Below are positions 28,399 to 37,163 of a stretch of DNA of 64,000 nt, piece by piece. The stretch is from an uncultured Methylomirabilota bacterium (lineage in GTDB: Bacteria > Methylomirabilota > Methylomirabilia > Methylomirabilales > 2-02-FULL-66-22): contig OY970067.1 in assembly GCA_963705305.1 (NCBI GenBank), forward strand, positions 640,001 through 704,000, given 5' to 3'. The notes beneath the pieces are model-generated. The model saw only the letters and a list, made by a program, of their open reading frames with translations, was not told the DNA's origin and ran no database searches. Within the stretch, counting starts at the first letter, position 1. Every line of letters starts with the position of its first letter. Position numbers and translations under genes: made by a program.

Positions 28399-28959
28399 TT
28401 AAGGGGTCTTCCGGCGCAGCCGCTCCAGCCGCTCTCCGAGTACGCGCAGCCGGATCTCCAGGGCCAGCTCTTCTTCCAGGCGGACCCTGGAGGCGCACAT
28501 CGCTTCACCCGCCGGTCCTCCCGCCCAGAACAAAAAGTTGGAGACGCGCTGGGTTTGAAACATCGCCTGGACCTGCAGGGCAACCTCGTCGGCCTTCAGG
28601 GGCGACAGTTGAATGTGGACCCGAACATCCTTTCCCCGGTACGCCAATCCGAGCCTGGGCTTCCCGCAGTCACTGTACCGATCCTCTGACCGCGTCACAA
28701 AGACGGTCGCAGCATAGGCGGGGTTCATGGGCCGCCACTCGGTCTCAATCGTTCCGGCGGCGCAATCGGCCGACAGAATCCGATAGCCACGCTCCGTCAG
28801 CGTTCGGACGGCCATCGCCCAGACCTGGTCGAATTCCCCCTCCACCGGCCGGGGAGGAGAAGGCTGATAGGTCTGCCTGGGGAGAGTCCCGCAGCCGGTG
28901 ACAAGTCCCGCCCAGAGACCCAGTCCCACCACGACGCCTGTCTTCCATCCTCCGCTCAT
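28399..28959 (-). CDS. Hypothetical lipoprotein
   Basis: Hydrophobic signal with LVTGC lipobox; W...VRTL...GY.I...D...GTIETEW pattern recalls BamC-like small domains. Confidence 0.65.
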   Translation of the reverse strand: MSGGWKTGVVVGLGLWAGLVTGCGTLPRQTYQPSPPRPVEGEFDQVWAMAVRTLTERGYRILSADCAAGTIETEWRPMNPAYAATVFVTRSEDRYSDCGKPRLGLAYRGKDVRVHIQLSPLKADEVALQVQAMFQTQRVSNFLFWAGGPAGEAMCASRVRLEEELALEIRLRVLGERLERLRRKTP

Positions 28960-29006
28960 GTCGCCTTTCGGGAATGGACCGGAAGAGACAGTCCGGTGGA
29001 GGGTTG

Positions 29007-29035
29007 AATGTACCACAGGGACTTGGAGCAGTCAA
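29007..29035 (-). promoter_or_regulatory. Sigma70 promoter for the lipoprotein and downstream minus-strand genes
   Basis: TTGACT-N17-TACATT with extended TG. Confidence 0.6.
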
Positions 29036-29124
29036 AAGCACGCCGCCCGGTCGGCACGCGCATCGGGACCCAGGATTTCGCGCTCCGGCGCCCTAGGCCG
29101 GTCTTCATCTTTGACACTTGCAAG

Positions 29125-29141
29125 CGCAGGATTTTTTGACC
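29125..29141 (+). repeat. 17-bp target-site duplication, left copy
   Basis: cgcaggattttttgacc, identical to 29401-29417. Confidence 0.9.
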
Positions 29142-29400
29142 TGTCGGTGCTCAGTGAAAATGTCCACCCCGGGCCTAGCGCCACACCGTTGGGCGCGCCT
29201 GGCCCGGTATAGGATGGTGGTGCCGTCAGGAGCTTCGGAGTGCCCGCGCCCTCGATGGAGGCGGTCGAGAGGCGTCGGCCTGGTCCCGAGTGCCGAGTGA
29301 GCCATTCCTCGTTACGTGCCACAGAGCCAGTGGTCCCTTGCCCCTGAAGGGACAGAATCACTGAGCAGTTAGGGGAGGACAAATTCACTGAGCATCTACA
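29142..29400. mobile_element. 259-bp non-autonomous IS derivative (MITE), IS1202-family-like
   Basis: 29-bp imperfect terminal inverted repeats (tgtcggtgctcagtgaaaatgtccacccc versus reverse complement tgtagatgctcagtgaatttgtcctcccc), an extra subterminal repeat at 29350-29367, perfect 17-bp flanking direct repeats, no transposase. Confidence 0.85.
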
Positions 29401-29417
29401 CGCAGGATTTTTTGACC
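29401..29417 (+). repeat. 17-bp target-site duplication, right copy
   Basis: cgcaggattttttgacc, identical to 29125-29141. Confidence 0.9.
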
Positions 29418-29446
29418 TTGACGGGGAAGGGTAATTAGAATATGCT
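29418..29446 (+). promoter_or_regulatory. Sigma70 promoter for DUF465-moaC-acuC
   Basis: TTGACG-N17-TATGCT in an AT-rich patch. Confidence 0.65.
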
Positions 29447-29643
29447 AGTTTTCAAAATCATCAGGTCAAAAATATGGTGATCGTCTGCCACTACATCCGG
29501 GGCCAAGAAGGCCCCGTGCCGAAGTTCTTCCGCTTCTCATCCCCCAGTGCAGCCTATCAACCTGGATCCGGCACCTTCCCACGGGCATCTGACCGCGTTC
29601 ATAGGGCGCGGACCGGACCATACTGTCCGGAAGGAGGTCAAAG

Positions 29644-29889
29644 ATGAGCGACACGGAAGCACAGCTCTTCACTCGGCTCAAGGAGCAGAACTCAGAGTTC
29701 CGCCGCTTGGCCGAGAAGCACCGTGAGTTCGACATCAAGATCAGCGAGTACGACCGCATCTATTACCTCACCAGCGAACAGGAACGAAAGCGCAAGGAAC
29801 TCCAAAAGCTCAAATTGAAGATCAAAGACGAGATGTACGCCATCATGCGACAGTATCAGAATGACCCGCACCAGGCTGTCACATCTTGA
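29644..29889 (+). CDS. DUF465/YdcH family small coiled-coil protein
   Basis: EFRRLAEKHREFD...LQKLKLKIKDEM; strong aaggagg RBS. Confidence 0.8.
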   Translation: MSDTEAQLFTRLKEQNSEFRRLAEKHREFDIKISEYDRIYYLTSEQERKRKELQKLKLKIKDEMYAIMRQYQNDPHQAVTS

Positions 29890-30370
29890 CGACCGTGGCC
29901 GGGCCCGCATGGTGGACGTGGGGGCCAAACAGGAAACGGCACGTGAGGCCGTTGCCCGCGGGTTCGTCAGCTTGCACCCAAACACGCTCGAATTAATCCA
30001 AGACCGCTCCATCCCCAAAGGCGATGTGTATGCGACGGCGCGGTTGGCCGGCATCCTGGCTGCCAAGCGCGTCCACGAACTCATTCCGCTGTGTCATTCC
30101 CTCCTCATTACCGCCGCCGAGGTGGACTTTCGCCCGACCCGACGCCCTTCGGGCATCCAGATTGAATCTCGCGTCAGGACGACCGGCCGGACCGGGGCCG
30201 AGATGGAGGCTCTCACGGCGGCTTCCGTCGCCGCCCTGACGATTTATGATATGTGCAAGGGTGTGGACAAGGAGATGGTCATCGGGAAGATTCGTCTGGT
30301 GTTCAAGGCGGGCGGACGAAGCGGGACCTACCGGCGGAGGGGCGAGGCGCCCCCGATGACGGAGGAATGA
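29861..30370 (+). CDS. moaC: Cyclic pyranopterin monophosphate synthase
   Basis: LSHLD..GRARMVDVGAK, KGDV, LIPLCH, EMEAL, YDMCK motifs. Confidence 0.97.
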   Translation: MTRTRLSHLDDRGRARMVDVGAKQETAREAVARGFVSLHPNTLELIQDRSIPKGDVYATARLAGILAAKRVHELIPLCHSLLITAAEVDFRPTRRPSGIQIESRVRTTGRTGAEMEALTAASVAALTIYDMCKGVDKEMVIGKIRLVFKAGGRSGTYRRRGEAPPMTEE

Positions 30371-30419
30371 GACGGACCCGGCTCGTCCCAGCGCTCGCCC
30401 TGCAATCCGTTGACCCTGC

Positions 30420-31559
30420 ATGAGCGACACTCCGGACATTGCCTTTGTGTACTCCGAGCGGTACGCGGCGTTCGACTACGGGCCGGAGCATCCCTTTCGC
30501 ACCGAGCGCCTCGCACTTACTGCCGACCTCTGTCGCGCCTACGGCCTCTTCAACCTCCCCCATGCCCGCCTCCTGCAGCCTCGCGAGGCCACCCAGGACG
30601 AGATCCTGGCGTTCCATCAGCCGGAATATCTGGCCGCCCTGCGGACGGCGGAAGACGATCCCGGGGCGCCCGGGCTTCGGCGGTACGGGCTGGGGACCGG
30701 GGACAATCCCATCTTTCCCGGCGTCTACGCGTGGTCCCTCCTCAGCACCGGCGGGTCGCTCACGGCCATGGAAGAGGTCGATTCCGGGGCCGTCCGCTGC
30801 GCCTTCAACATCGCCGGCGGCCTGCACCATGCGGCGCCCTGCCGGGCGTCCGGCTTCTGCTACCTCGACGATGCGGCCATCGTCATCGCGCTGCTGCGCC
30901 GCCGGGGGCGACGGGTGGCCTACGTGGATATCGACGCGCACCACGGCGACGGGGTCCAGTTCGGCTTTTACGATACGGACCAGGTGCTGACCATTTCCAT
31001 CCACGAGACGGGGCAAACGCTGTTTCCCGGAACGGGCAATGTCGAGGAAATCGGCCGGGGCGCCGGACGCGGGTTTTCCGCTAACGTACCGCTTCTGCCC
31101 GGGAGCGACGACGAGATCTTCCTGTGGGCTTTCGACCAGGTGGTTCCGCCTCTCCTGGGGGCCTTTCGGCCGGACCTGGTGGTGACACAGCTCGGCGTCG
31201 ATACGCATCGAGCTGACCCGCTGACGCACCTGGCGTTGACGGTGCAGGGTTTTGGTGAGGCGGTGCGCCGCCTGAAAGCGCACGCCGGCAGGTGGATCGC
31301 CCTGGGAGGGGGCGGGTATAACCTGGACGCCGTCCCGCGGGCATGGACCTTGGCGTGGGCCATCATGAATGGCGTGGAGATTCCCGACCAACTGCCCGAC
31401 GACTTCCGAATCCCCTTTCACCAGCGAGGGTATCGGGCCTCGCGCATCCGGGACGAAGATGCTGGACCGGAGCCGCAGAATCGAGCGCGGGCGTGGGTGT
31501 TCGCACAGGAGCAGGTCGGGCGCCTACAACACGCAATTTTCCCGCATCATGGCCTGTAA
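30420..31559 (+). CDS. acuC: Acetoin utilization protein AcuC / histone deacetylase family
   Basis: YGPEHPF, GGLHHA, SGFCY, DIDAHHGDG, FPGTG, GGGGY motifs. Confidence 0.9.
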   Translation: MSDTPDIAFVYSERYAAFDYGPEHPFRTERLALTADLCRAYGLFNLPHARLLQPREATQDEILAFHQPEYLAALRTAEDDPGAPGLRRYGLGTGDNPIFPGVYAWSLLSTGGSLTAMEEVDSGAVRCAFNIAGGLHHAAPCRASGFCYLDDAAIVIALLRRRGRRVAYVDIDAHHGDGVQFGFYDTDQVLTISIHETGQTLFPGTGNVEEIGRGAGRGFSANVPLLPGSDDEIFLWAFDQVVPPLLGAFRPDLVVTQLGVDTHRADPLTHLALTVQGFGEAVRRLKAHAGRWIALGGGGYNLDAVPRAWTLAWAIMNGVEIPDQLPDDFRIPFHQRGYRASRIRDEDAGPEPQNRARAWVFAQEQVGRLQHAIFPHHGL

Positions 31560-31672
31560 CGGTGCAGTGACCTACAGGAGACAGGAGGGCATCCCGGCAC
31601 ACCATCGAGCAGTGTTCCATTGGCCAGAGGGGGCAACGCACGGGGAGCATCATCACCTGAGGAGGACCTTTC

Positions 31673-31993
31673 ATGCCGTTCCAAGACAAGACCCTGACCT
31701 GCGTGGATTGTGGCCAGACTTTCGTCTTTACCGCCGGCGAGCAGGAATTCTTCGCTCAGAAGGGATTCCAGAACGCCCCCAAGCGATGCAAGAGCTGCAA
31801 GGCGGTCAAACGAGCGGGGGACCGGACCGGTGGCGGCTCCCCGGGGGAGGGGGCGGGATCGCGGGAGCTGTATGAGGTGGTCTGTTCCTCCTGCGGCCAG
31901 AAGACGACGGTCCCGTTCCGCCCCACCTCGGACCGTCCGGTGTACTGCCGCACCTGCTTCCAGTTGCGGCGCGGAACCGGCATGCGCGAGTAG
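31673..31993 (+). CDS. Double zinc-ribbon protein (CxxC-x17-CxxC family)
   Basis: DKTLTCVDCGQTFVFTAGEQEFF..KGF...PKRCKSC and CSSCG..TTVPFRP..DRPVYCRTC. Confidence 0.9.
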   Translation: MPFQDKTLTCVDCGQTFVFTAGEQEFFAQKGFQNAPKRCKSCKAVKRAGDRTGGGSPGEGAGSRELYEVVCSSCGQKTTVPFRPTSDRPVYCRTCFQLRRGTGMRE

Positions 31994-32011
31994 CGCGCGC
32001 CGCTGTTGACC

Positions 32012-32068
32012 ACCGGGCCGGGGGTCCTGTCGCCTGAAGCCGGAGGATCCCCGGCCCGGTTTGTTTTT
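32012..32068 (+). terminator. Rho-independent terminator
   Basis: accgggccggggg...tccccggcccggt stem followed by ttgttttt. Confidence 0.75.
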
Positions 32069-32165
32069 GCGGCCGCTCCACGCCCCGCCGCCGAGGCGAA
32101 AGGCGTTGAATGGTATGGGGTTTGTGTGTTACAAGAGGCTGGTCACCGTATCTGTCGAGGCCGAC

Positions 32166-33614
32166 ATGCGACATACCGTTCCGCCCCAGGTGAGTGCCAC
32201 GCTGCGGCAAATTCCCGCGGTGGACGAGCTGTTGTCCGCCCCTCGCGCGCAGGATCTCCTGGCCCAGCACCCTCGCTGGGCGGTGCTGGAGGCGCTGCGC
32301 GAGGTGCTGGCGGAGCGGCGGCGGCGCCTGGTGCATGGGGATGTCGTCCCCGAGGCAGCCGGGGCCATCCTGGGGCCGGAGGCCCTGTGGGCCGACGTGG
32401 CCACGCTGACCGTCGAGAAGGCAGGGCCGTCCCTGCGGCCGGTCCTGAACGCCACGGGGGTCGTCATCCATACGAATCTGGGCCGGGCCCCGCTGGCGCC
32501 GGCGGCGGTCCAGGCCGTGGAGGCCGCGGCGCGCGGGTACAGCAACCTGGAATTCGATCTGGACAGCGGCAGCCGGGGGTCGCGCCAGGTCCACGTGGAG
32601 CGTCTCTTGTCCACCATCACCGGGGCCGAAGCGGCTCTGGTGGTGAATAACAACGCCGCCGCCGTGCTCCTGGCCGTCAACACCCTGGCCGACGGGAAGG
32701 ACGTGGTCATCTCCCGCGGTGAGCTGGTGGAAATCGGCGATTCCTTCCGCATCCCCAACGTCATGGTGCGGGCGGGGGGTCGCCTGCGGGAGGTCGGCAC
32801 GACCAACCGGACCCACCTCCGGGATTACGCGGAGGCCATCGGCCCCGAGACGGCCCTACTGCTCAAGGTGCACCGGAGCAACTTTCGGCTCCTGGGGTTC
32901 ACGGCCGATGTGGAGACGACGGATCTGGTGGCGCTGGCGCGAGAGCGCGGGCTGCCGACCATGGAGGACCTCGGCAGCGGAGCCCTGCTGGATCTCAGCC
33001 TGCTGGGTCTCCGCCGCGAGCCGCTGGCCGCGGATGCCATTCGCGCCGGCGTGGACCTGGTCACGTTCAGCGGCGACAAGCTGCTCGGGGGGCCGCAGGC
33101 TGGCGTCCTGGTCGGTCGTCGGGACCTGCTGTCGCGCATCCGCCGGAATCCGCTGGCCCGCGCCGTCCGGATCGACAAGTTGTGCCTGGCCGGGCTGGAG
33201 GCCACGCTTCGTCTCGCGCGGGAGCCCGAGCGGGCGCGCCGGGAGATCCCCATCCTCCGCATGTTGAGCCTTTCCGCGGACCAGATCGGTGCCCGGGCGG
33301 AGGCGGCCGCCGCCGCCCTCCGGGCCGCGCAGCCGGACATCGTCTGCAGCATCGAGGATGGCCTGTCCGAGGTTGGGGGCGGAGCCCTGCCCCTCCAGCC
33401 GGTTCCCACCCGCCTGCTGGTGCTGGCTCCCCCGCCCGAGGGGGCCGCGGCCTTCGAGGCTCGCCTCCGGCGGGGTCGGCCCCCGGTGCTGGTTCGCATT
33501 CAGGCCGACCGGATCCTGGTGGATCTCCGCACGGTGGCAGAGGCCGAGGAGAGGGCGCTCCTGCACGCCCTGCAAGAGGCGTTTCGGGACGCCCGGAGGA
33601 GAGAAAGGGCATGA
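32166..33614 (+). CDS. selA: L-seryl-tRNA(Sec) selenium transferase
   Basis: VLNATGVVIHTNLGRAPL, VVNNNAAA, EVGTTN, EDLGSG, FSGDKLLGGPQAG motifs. Confidence 0.95.
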   Translation: MRHTVPPQVSATLRQIPAVDELLSAPRAQDLLAQHPRWAVLEALREVLAERRRRLVHGDVVPEAAGAILGPEALWADVATLTVEKAGPSLRPVLNATGVVIHTNLGRAPLAPAAVQAVEAAARGYSNLEFDLDSGSRGSRQVHVERLLSTITGAEAALVVNNNAAAVLLAVNTLADGKDVVISRGELVEIGDSFRIPNVMVRAGGRLREVGTTNRTHLRDYAEAIGPETALLLKVHRSNFRLLGFTADVETTDLVALARERGLPTMEDLGSGALLDLSLLGLRREPLAADAIRAGVDLVTFSGDKLLGGPQAGVLVGRRDLLSRIRRNPLARAVRIDKLCLAGLEATLRLAREPERARREIPILRMLSLSADQIGARAEAAAAALRAAQPDIVCSIEDGLSEVGGGALPLQPVPTRLLVLAPPPEGAAAFEARLRRGRPPVLVRIQADRILVDLRTVAEAEERALLHALQEAFRDARRRERA

Positions 33615-34408
33615 CCGCGGACGAGCAGGCCCCGGCATCCGAATCGACCGATCTCCTGGTCATCGCCCAGAACCAGAAGGCCTCTGCCGAGGCGCTGGAA
33701 AAGATCCTGGACGAGCCGGAGCTGCCGCCCGAAGTGCTCATGGCCCTGCTCCGGAATCCCCAGACTCCAGGGATGGCCATGGCTCGGCTGGCGGAGCGGG
33801 CGACGGGACCTTTGCTGGATCTTCTGCTGGGGGGGCTGCAGCGCATCGCTCGCTGGCCGATCGTCTTGGAGGCGCTGCTCGCCAACCCCGCCGTGGCGGA
33901 GGTTCGCAAGCTGACCATCCGCCACGAGCTGGAGGTTGCCCGGAAACGGGAAATGGAGGGCGACCGGAAGAAGAAGAGCCTGCTCCTCATGATCAAGGAT
34001 CTCCCGGTCGGCCAGCGCCTGGCCCTGGCCAAGAAAGGGAACAAGGACGTCCGGATGGTCCTGATCAAGGACAGCAACGAGATGGTGGCGCTGGAGGTCG
34101 TAAGTTCGACCCGGATCACCGACGGGGAGATCCTGTCCGTCGCCCAGATGCGGGACATCTCGGACAAGATCCTGCGCTACATCGCCAATAACCGGAAATA
34201 TCGGCAGAACCGGCAGATCGTCCTCAGCCTGCTCCACAATCCGAAGACGCCGGTGGGGGTCAGCCTCAGCCTGGGGATCGGCAGCCTTTCGGATCGGGAG
34301 TTGAGCGATCTGGCCAGGGATCGGAACGTCCCTGCCGTGGTGGCGCGCGCCGCCCAGTCGGTGATCGAGCGTCGCCAGAGGCCGGTGACCCCGGCGGGCG
34401 GGCACTAG
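33611..34408 (+). CDS. Conserved hypothetical helical-repeat protein
   Basis: ATGA-coupled to selA; repeated L..NP.TP units and LA.KGNKDVR.VLIKDSN motif. Confidence 0.75.
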   Translation: MTADEQAPASESTDLLVIAQNQKASAEALEKILDEPELPPEVLMALLRNPQTPGMAMARLAERATGPLLDLLLGGLQRIARWPIVLEALLANPAVAEVRKLTIRHELEVARKREMEGDRKKKSLLLMIKDLPVGQRLALAKKGNKDVRMVLIKDSNEMVALEVVSSTRITDGEILSVAQMRDISDKILRYIANNRKYRQNRQIVLSLLHNPKTPVGVSLSLGIGSLSDRELSDLARDRNVPAVVARAAQSVIERRQRPVTPAGGH

Positions 34409-34411
34409 ATC

Positions 34412-35089
34412 ATGCGGGGGGTTTTCATCACGTTCGAGGGGGGCGAGGGGTCGGGGAAGTCCACCCAGCTGTCGACCGTGCTGGCCCATCTCCGGTCCAC
34501 AGAACGCGAGGTGCTCGAGACCTGCGATCCGGGCGGAACGTGCATCGGCGAGCAGATCCGCCGGACGCTTCTGGACCGGGGAAACGCCGACATGGATCCG
34601 ATGGCGGAGTTGTTCCTGTATGAGGCCAGCCGGGCGCAGTTGGTGCGGGAGATCATCCGACCCGCCCTGCAGGCGGGCCGGGTCGTCGTCTGCGACCGCT
34701 TCACCGATTCCACGACGGCCTATCAGGGCTACGGCCGAGGACTGGATCTGGACTTGATCGGCCGCTTGAATGCCCTGGCCACAGGGGGGCTCCGCCCGGA
34801 TCTCACCCTCCTCATGGACCTGGATCCGGCCGAGGGGCTGGCCAGGGTGGCCCGGCGGCAGGACTCCGGCCGCCCGCAGGAGGACCGCATCGAGGCCGAG
34901 TTGCTCGGGTTCCATCAGCGCGTTCGCGACGGCTACCAGGCCATCGCGGCGGCCGAGCCGGATCGGGTGGTCCTGCTGGATGCCTCCCGGGGGGCGCTGG
35001 AACTGGCCGCGGAGGTCTCCCGGTGGGTGGAGCGGCTGCTCGCCTCCGCCGACCGCGGCTCGGCGCGGGACGCTGCGGCGTCTGGGTGA
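34412..35089 (+). CDS. tmk: Thymidylate kinase
   Basis: FITFEGGEGSGKST, CDRFTDSTTAYQG motifs. Confidence 0.96.
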   Translation: MRGVFITFEGGEGSGKSTQLSTVLAHLRSTEREVLETCDPGGTCIGEQIRRTLLDRGNADMDPMAELFLYEASRAQLVREIIRPALQAGRVVVCDRFTDSTTAYQGYGRGLDLDLIGRLNALATGGLRPDLTLLMDLDPAEGLARVARRQDSGRPQEDRIEAELLGFHQRVRDGYQAIAAAEPDRVVLLDASRGALELAAEVSRWVERLLASADRGSARDAAASG

Positions 35090-35093
35090 GGCC

Positions 35094-36098
35094 ATGCCGT
35101 TTCGCGACGTCCTGGGACAGCCAGAGGCGGTGGATCGGCTCCGTCGGGCCTGGATCGGGGGGCGGCTGGCTCAAGCTTATTGCTTCACCGGTCCCACGGG
35201 TGTCGGGAAGCGTACGACCGCCCTGGCGTTGGCCCAGGCCCTTAACTGCCTCGCCCCCACGGCGAGGGGCGCAGGGGCGGGTGCGGATGCCTGCGGCAGC
35301 TGCCGCGCCTGCCGGCGAATCGCCGCGGGGGTGCACCCCGACGTGACGCTCCTGACCCCCCAGGAGAAGACGGTCATCACCATCGAGCAGATTCGGGACC
35401 TGTCGGCCAGGGCGGGCATGCGCCCCTACGAGGGCGCGGCCAAGGTGTGGATTCTGGATCCGGCCGACCGGATGCAGGAGCCGGCCGCCAACGCTTTTCT
35501 CAAGACCTTGGAGGAGCCGGCGGGGGTCTCCCTGTTCATTCTGGTGACGGCGAGTCCCAGCGCCCTGCTGCCCACCATCCAATCGCGCTGCCAGGCGCTG
35601 CGGTTCGAGCCGCTGGGCGAGGCCAGCCTGCGCCGCATTCTGGAGGACGCCGGCCGATCCCCTCAGGAGGCGGCGTCCGCGGCGGCGATGGCGGGCGGGA
35701 GCGCCGAGCAGGCTCTGGAGATGGACGTGGAGCAGGCGCGCGCCCTCCGGGATCGGCTGGTGGATGGGGTCTGGGGCTGCCTAGGCTCGCTGCCGGCCCT
35801 CCTGGAGGAAGCCGCCCGGCTGGCCAAAGAAAAAGCGGGCCTCGAGCAGGCTCTTCAGATCCTGGCCGGGTTCACCCGGGACCTCGCCCTGGTCAAGCTG
35901 CGGGCGCCCGTCCCGTTGGCGCACGCCGAGCGGCAGGCCGAGGCAGAGCGCATCGCGGCGGCGCACTCCCTGGAGGCGCTGCTCGCGATTCATGCGGCGC
36001 AGGTTGACGCCCAGCAGGCCCTGGTCCGATACGCCCACCCGCGCTTGACCGCCGAACGCATGCTGCTCAGGATGCGGACGGCGGTCGGGGAAGGATGA
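35094..36098 (+). CDS. holB: DNA polymerase III subunit delta'
   Basis: GPTGVGK, CGSCRAC, HPD, ANAFLKTLEEP, TIQSRC motifs; follows tmk. Confidence 0.93.
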   Translation: MPFRDVLGQPEAVDRLRRAWIGGRLAQAYCFTGPTGVGKRTTALALAQALNCLAPTARGAGAGADACGSCRACRRIAAGVHPDVTLLTPQEKTVITIEQIRDLSARAGMRPYEGAAKVWILDPADRMQEPAANAFLKTLEEPAGVSLFILVTASPSALLPTIQSRCQALRFEPLGEASLRRILEDAGRSPQEAASAAAMAGGSAEQALEMDVEQARALRDRLVDGVWGCLGSLPALLEEAARLAKEKAGLEQALQILAGFTRDLALVKLRAPVPLAHAERQAEAERIAAAHSLEALLAIHAAQVDAQQALVRYAHPRLTAERMLLRMRTAVGEG

Positions 36099-37117
36099 GG
36101 CCGATGAAAACAACCCGCGTGATCCGGGTGGAGTTCACATATCCCTCCCGGTTTCAATACTGTTCCGCCCCGGGCATCACCCTCCAGCCCGGCGAGATGG
36201 TGGTGGTGGAGACCGACTGGGGCGTGGGGATGGGCGAGGTCGGAGCCGTCCTGGAGGAATTCCCGGCCGAGATCCTGTCCCCCATGGTTCGACCGATCCT
36301 CCGCAAGGCGACGCCGACCGATCTGTCCAGGCGGGCGGCGCTGTCCCAGCGTGAGCGGCAGGCGCGGGCCTTTTGCCTCGAACGCATCCGGATTCGACAG
36401 CTCCCCATGAAGTTGACCGAGGTGCGCATCGGGCTGGATTCCAGCAAGGCCATGTTCTACTTCACCGCCGACGGCCGGGTGGACTTCCGCGAGCTGGTCA
36501 AGGATCTGGTGCAGCATCTCCGAACCCGCGTGGAGCTCCGTCAGATCGGGGTGCGGGATGAGGCCAAGGTGTTGGGCTGCACCGGGGCCTGCGGCCGCCC
36601 CTGCTGCTGCCGGGTCTTCCTGCAGGGCTTCGCCCCGGTCAGCATCCGGATGGCCAAGGACCAGAACCTGGCGTTGAATCCCGGAAAGCTTTCCGGCATC
36701 TGCGGGAGGCTGAAGTGCTGCCTGGCCTATGAGCATCCGCTGTACGCCGAGCTGAAGCGATCCCTCCCCAAGGTTGGAGCCCCCGTCGACACCTCCCGGG
36801 GGCCCGGGACCGTGCGGGCGCAGGACATCCTTCAGCAGACGCTCCTCGTCGGTCTCGAGACCGGCGGACAGGTCACACTCAAGGCCGGCGAGGTGACGGC
36901 CCGCCCCCGCAGCGAGCCGCCCCCGCGACATCGCCCCCACGCGCGAAGGGACGCCGGCCGACCCGCCGACCGCGACCAGGGCAGGGGGGCATCCCATACC
37001 TCCATGTCCCGGCCCGCACAGAGCGCCCGGCCGGAGCCGGCGCCGGCGGAAGCCGATGAGCCGGCCGCGAACTCCGACGACACCCCGCCGGAAATCGCAA
37101 TCCTCGAGGATCCGTGA
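36095..37117 (+). CDS. ricT: PSP1/YaaT (RicT) family protein
   Basis: YFTADGRVDFRELVKDL, RQIGVRDEAK, CGRPCCC, SGICGRLKCCLAYE motifs. Confidence 0.9.
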   Translation: MRPMKTTRVIRVEFTYPSRFQYCSAPGITLQPGEMVVVETDWGVGMGEVGAVLEEFPAEILSPMVRPILRKATPTDLSRRAALSQRERQARAFCLERIRIRQLPMKLTEVRIGLDSSKAMFYFTADGRVDFRELVKDLVQHLRTRVELRQIGVRDEAKVLGCTGACGRPCCCRVFLQGFAPVSIRMAKDQNLALNPGKLSGICGRLKCCLAYEHPLYAELKRSLPKVGAPVDTSRGPGTVRAQDILQQTLLVGLETGGQVTLKAGEVTARPRSEPPPRHRPHARRDAGRPADRDQGRGASHTSMSRPAQSARPEPAPAEADEPAANSDDTPPEIAILEDP

Positions 37118-37163
37118 AGGCATCCGGCCGGCCCACCCGGCCCTGACAGAGAGCGGAGCCCCT

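Noticed and set aside
29125..29417. Direct repeats as a CRISPR array or prophage att sites
   Set aside because: Only two copies 276 bp apart, no cas or integrase gene; terminal inverted repeats explain them as a target duplication.
29450..29643. Moco riboswitch upstream of moaC
   Set aside because: I could not match the motif by eye; an Rfam scan is needed.
29474..29647. 57-aa ORF overlapping the DUF465 start (possible leader peptide)
   Set aside because: No Shine-Dalgarno, unremarkable composition; likely chance.
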